Origin: Sandaracinaceae bacterium
Lineage (GTDB): Bacteria; Myxococcota_A; Polyangia; Polyangiales; Sandaracinaceae
Assembly (NCBI GenBank): GCA_044220955.1
Contig: JBGAQA010000096.1
Coordinates: 1-23,993 of the forward strand
DNA: 23,993 bases
Reading direction: 5' to 3'
Below are positions 22,068 through 23,993 of this stretch, piece by piece; within the stretch, counting starts at the first letter, position 1; the number at the start of each line of letters is the position of its first letter. The notes beneath the pieces were generated by a model, which worked only from the letters and a program-made list of their open reading frames with translations, did no database searches and was not told where the DNA came from. The position numbers and the translations under genes are program-made.

Positions 22068-23438
22068 ATGCGCACGTCCCTCGTCACCCTCTCCGTCGCC
22101 TCGCTCTCGCTCGCCCTCGCCGGCTGCGCGCCCCTCCCGGCGAGGCGCGGCGGCGATTGCATCCCGATCGAGCCACTGCCGGGGTACCGGACGTGCGCGG
22201 TGGCCGAGCCGCCGTTCTCGTACGGTGCGCTGCCCGCGGGCGTTCGCGTGGAAGCGCTCGACACGAGCCTCCCGGCGCAGGTCGATCTCCGGGACGACCC
22301 GGCGCTCGCCGACTGTCTCGTCGTCGAGGATCAGGGCGCGACGGGCTGGTGCCAGACGGTGTCGACGACGACGGCGCTCGAGGCGACCGAGTGCGTCGCC
22401 TGCGCGGCCGCTCGGGCCGTGGATCCGAGCCTCGGCGCTCCGCGCGTGTCGATCCTCCACGCGCGGTGGAGCCAGTTCCGAGACGGGCGCCGGCCGTTCA
22501 CCCAGAGCGAGCTGAACGCCGGGACGAGCATCGCCGATGCGGCGGGGCTGCTCGCGAGCGTGGGCGCGACCGGCGAGCGGGAGCTGCCGAGCCTGTTCAC
22601 GCTCGACGCGATCAACGACGCCATCGGCGAGGGACGGCCGAGCGACTACCCGATCGAGCACCGAGCCTCGACGATGACCGTGCTGCCGCCCGGCGCGTCG
22701 ATCGTGGACGGGCTGCGTCGTGCGCTCGCCGATCGGCGCGTGCCCGTGGTCGGTGTGCCGTTCATGCACCACGTCGGCTGGAACTCCTGCGACGCCTCGC
22801 CTGGACACGTCGCCGTGCCGCCCGGCACGACCTCCCTGCTGAGCGACGTGCCGACCTGCGGCGGGAGCGAGTGCGACCGTGGCGCCGCGTGCATGGTGCG
22901 TACGGACGAGGGCGACGCCTTCCACGCGGTCGCGCTCGTCGGCTACGACGACGACGCAGAGGCCTTCGTGCTGCTCAATTCGTGGGGGACGCGCTGGGCC
23001 GACGGGGGCTTCGGGACCCTCTCGTACGAGTTCGTCGCGCGCTGGGCGCGCTACGGCGTGACGCTCGACGGGATGCACCCCTCGGTCGCCGGCGCATGCG
23101 CCCCCACGCCGCCCCACGTCGATCGATGCAGGATCCACACGAGCACCTGCGGCGCCTGCACGCTCGATCCCGGCTGCGGCTGGTGCGCGGCCGGCAACAC
23201 GTGCATGGAGGCCGTCGAGGGCCAGGGGCAGCCCCGCCACGGTGACTGCACCGAGTGGTACGGGACGCAGCTCGCCTGCACCGCGCCCGCGCTCCAGCAC
23301 CTGCCCTGCCCGTCGGGCGCCTGCGACGCGTGCGTGCGCGTCGAGGGCTGCGGCTGGGCGGGCGAGGTCGGCCACTGCTTCCCGATCGACGAGGTGCCGA
23401 CCGGCGTGGGCGACCTCTCGCGCACGTGCTCGCCGTGA
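22068..23438 (+). CDS. Papain-family (C1) cysteine peptidase lipoprotein with C-terminal PSI-like Cys repeats
   Basis: Lipobox ALAG-C; 'LPAQVDLR', 'VEDQGATGWC', 'HAVALVGYDD', 'LNSWGTRWADGGF'; 'CGAC..DPGCGWC..C' and 'CDACV..GCGW..C'. Confidence 0.88.
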   Translation: MRTSLVTLSVASLSLALAGCAPLPARRGGDCIPIEPLPGYRTCAVAEPPFSYGALPAGVRVEALDTSLPAQVDLRDDPALADCLVVEDQGATGWCQTVSTTTALEATECVACAAARAVDPSLGAPRVSILHARWSQFRDGRRPFTQSELNAGTSIADAAGLLASVGATGERELPSLFTLDAINDAIGEGRPSDYPIEHRASTMTVLPPGASIVDGLRRALADRRVPVVGVPFMHHVGWNSCDASPGHVAVPPGTTSLLSDVPTCGGSECDRGAACMVRTDEGDAFHAVALVGYDDDAEAFVLLNSWGTRWADGGFGTLSYEFVARWARYGVTLDGMHPSVAGACAPTPPHVDRCRIHTSTCGACTLDPGCGWCAAGNTCMEAVEGQGQPRHGDCTEWYGTQLACTAPALQHLPCPSGACDACVRVEGCGWAGEVGHCFPIDEVPTGVGDLSRTCSP

Positions 23439-23482
23439 TCCGTTCCGATCGAGTCCGACGACCCCAGCCTGGAGGAGCCCAA

Positions 23483-23668
23483 ATGACGAAGTCCCGTTCT
23501 CTCCGATCGCGCCGCCTCGCCGACGACACCCGCGGCACGAGCACCGTCGAGTACGTGATGCTGCTCTGTCTCGTGGTCGTCTCGGGCTTCGTCGCCTGGC
23601 AGCACTTCGGCGACACCGTCGCCGTGCGCGTCGTGCACGCCGAGCGCGTCGTCCGCGGGCTCCCCTGA
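23483..23668 (+). CDS. Flp/Fap family type IV (Tad) pilin, 61 aa
   Basis: GGAGG RBS; basic leader 'RRLADDTRG', cleavage G|TSTVEY with E5/Y6, then a hydrophobic helix. Confidence 0.85.
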   Translation: MTKSRSLRSRRLADDTRGTSTVEYVMLLCLVVVSGFVAWQHFGDTVAVRVVHAERVVRGLP

Positions 23669-23672
23669 CGCG

Positions 23673-23993
23673 TCAGGGCATGGTGCACGACGCGCAGTCG
23701 GACGTCGGCCGCGTCGGCGCGCAGCCCACGAGGCACGCGGCGCCGACCGGTGGGGCGACGTCGATGCGGATGTCGGCGGGGAACGCCACGACCGTGCAGC
23801 CGAGCGCTGCGACGTCGCAGCCGTCGCGCAGGCCCACGTAGACGAAGGCATACCGGCCCGTGCCCAGCTCGCCCACGGGCGTCACGGGCGTCGAGCCCGT
23901 GACCTCGACCTCGCGGACCAGCGTCGCGCCGGCCACCCGGGATTCGGCGGCCGGCCGGACGAAGGGCTCGATCCCGGGATCGGTGCAGCGATC
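23673..23993 (-). CDS. 3' end of a hypothetical Cys-containing protein running off the window
   Basis: Frame open from the window edge (DRCTDPGIEPFVRP...) to TGA at 23673-23675; GC3-rich codon usage. Confidence 0.65.
   Translation of the reverse strand, partial: DRCTDPGIEPFVRPAAESRVAGATLVREVEVTGSTPVTPVGELGTGRYAFVYVGLRDGCDVAALGCTVVAFPADIRIDVAPPVGAACLVGCAPTRPTSDCASCTMP

Overview
Very GC-rich chromosomal window, most likely from a myxobacterium of the Polyangiales/Sandaracinus type (MYXO-CTERM anchor, TIGR02266-like PilZ protein, CdnL, many Cys-rich 'DAG'-linker lipoproteins). About 21 real CDSs can be read. Housekeeping and regulatory genes: 3' part of a ScfR/PrpR/RamB-type regulator, two hot-dog thioesterases, a CarD/CdnL protein, an RNase G - PilZ - J-like operon, ruvAB, and ygiQ radical SAM with a DUF695/RraB-domain gene. 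Surface and secreted proteins: DUF4397-like lipoprotein, two tandem CAP lipoproteins, a MYXO-CTERM adhesin-like protein, a GHSQG lipase, a TolB-like propeller with CxxCH, a C2-domain lipoprotein, a papain-PSI lipoprotein and an orphan Flp pilin. No rRNA, tRNA, CRISPR or transposase was seen. The strongest signals not explained by the gene calls are: (1) a five-copy REP-like palindromic family, GGAGT-GCTCG-[variable hairpin]-CGAGC-CGAC, at two intergenic loci, with compensatory base changes and short and long forms; (2) a translationally coupled RNase G / PilZ / HPD-less J-domain operon behind a structured leader; (3) a sigma54-type promoter inside a long inverted repeat ahead of papain-PSI and flp; (4) several apparently leaderless genes; (5) a probable kelch/ScfR chimeric junction at the left edge. 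All family assignments come from motif recognition by eye, not from database searches.
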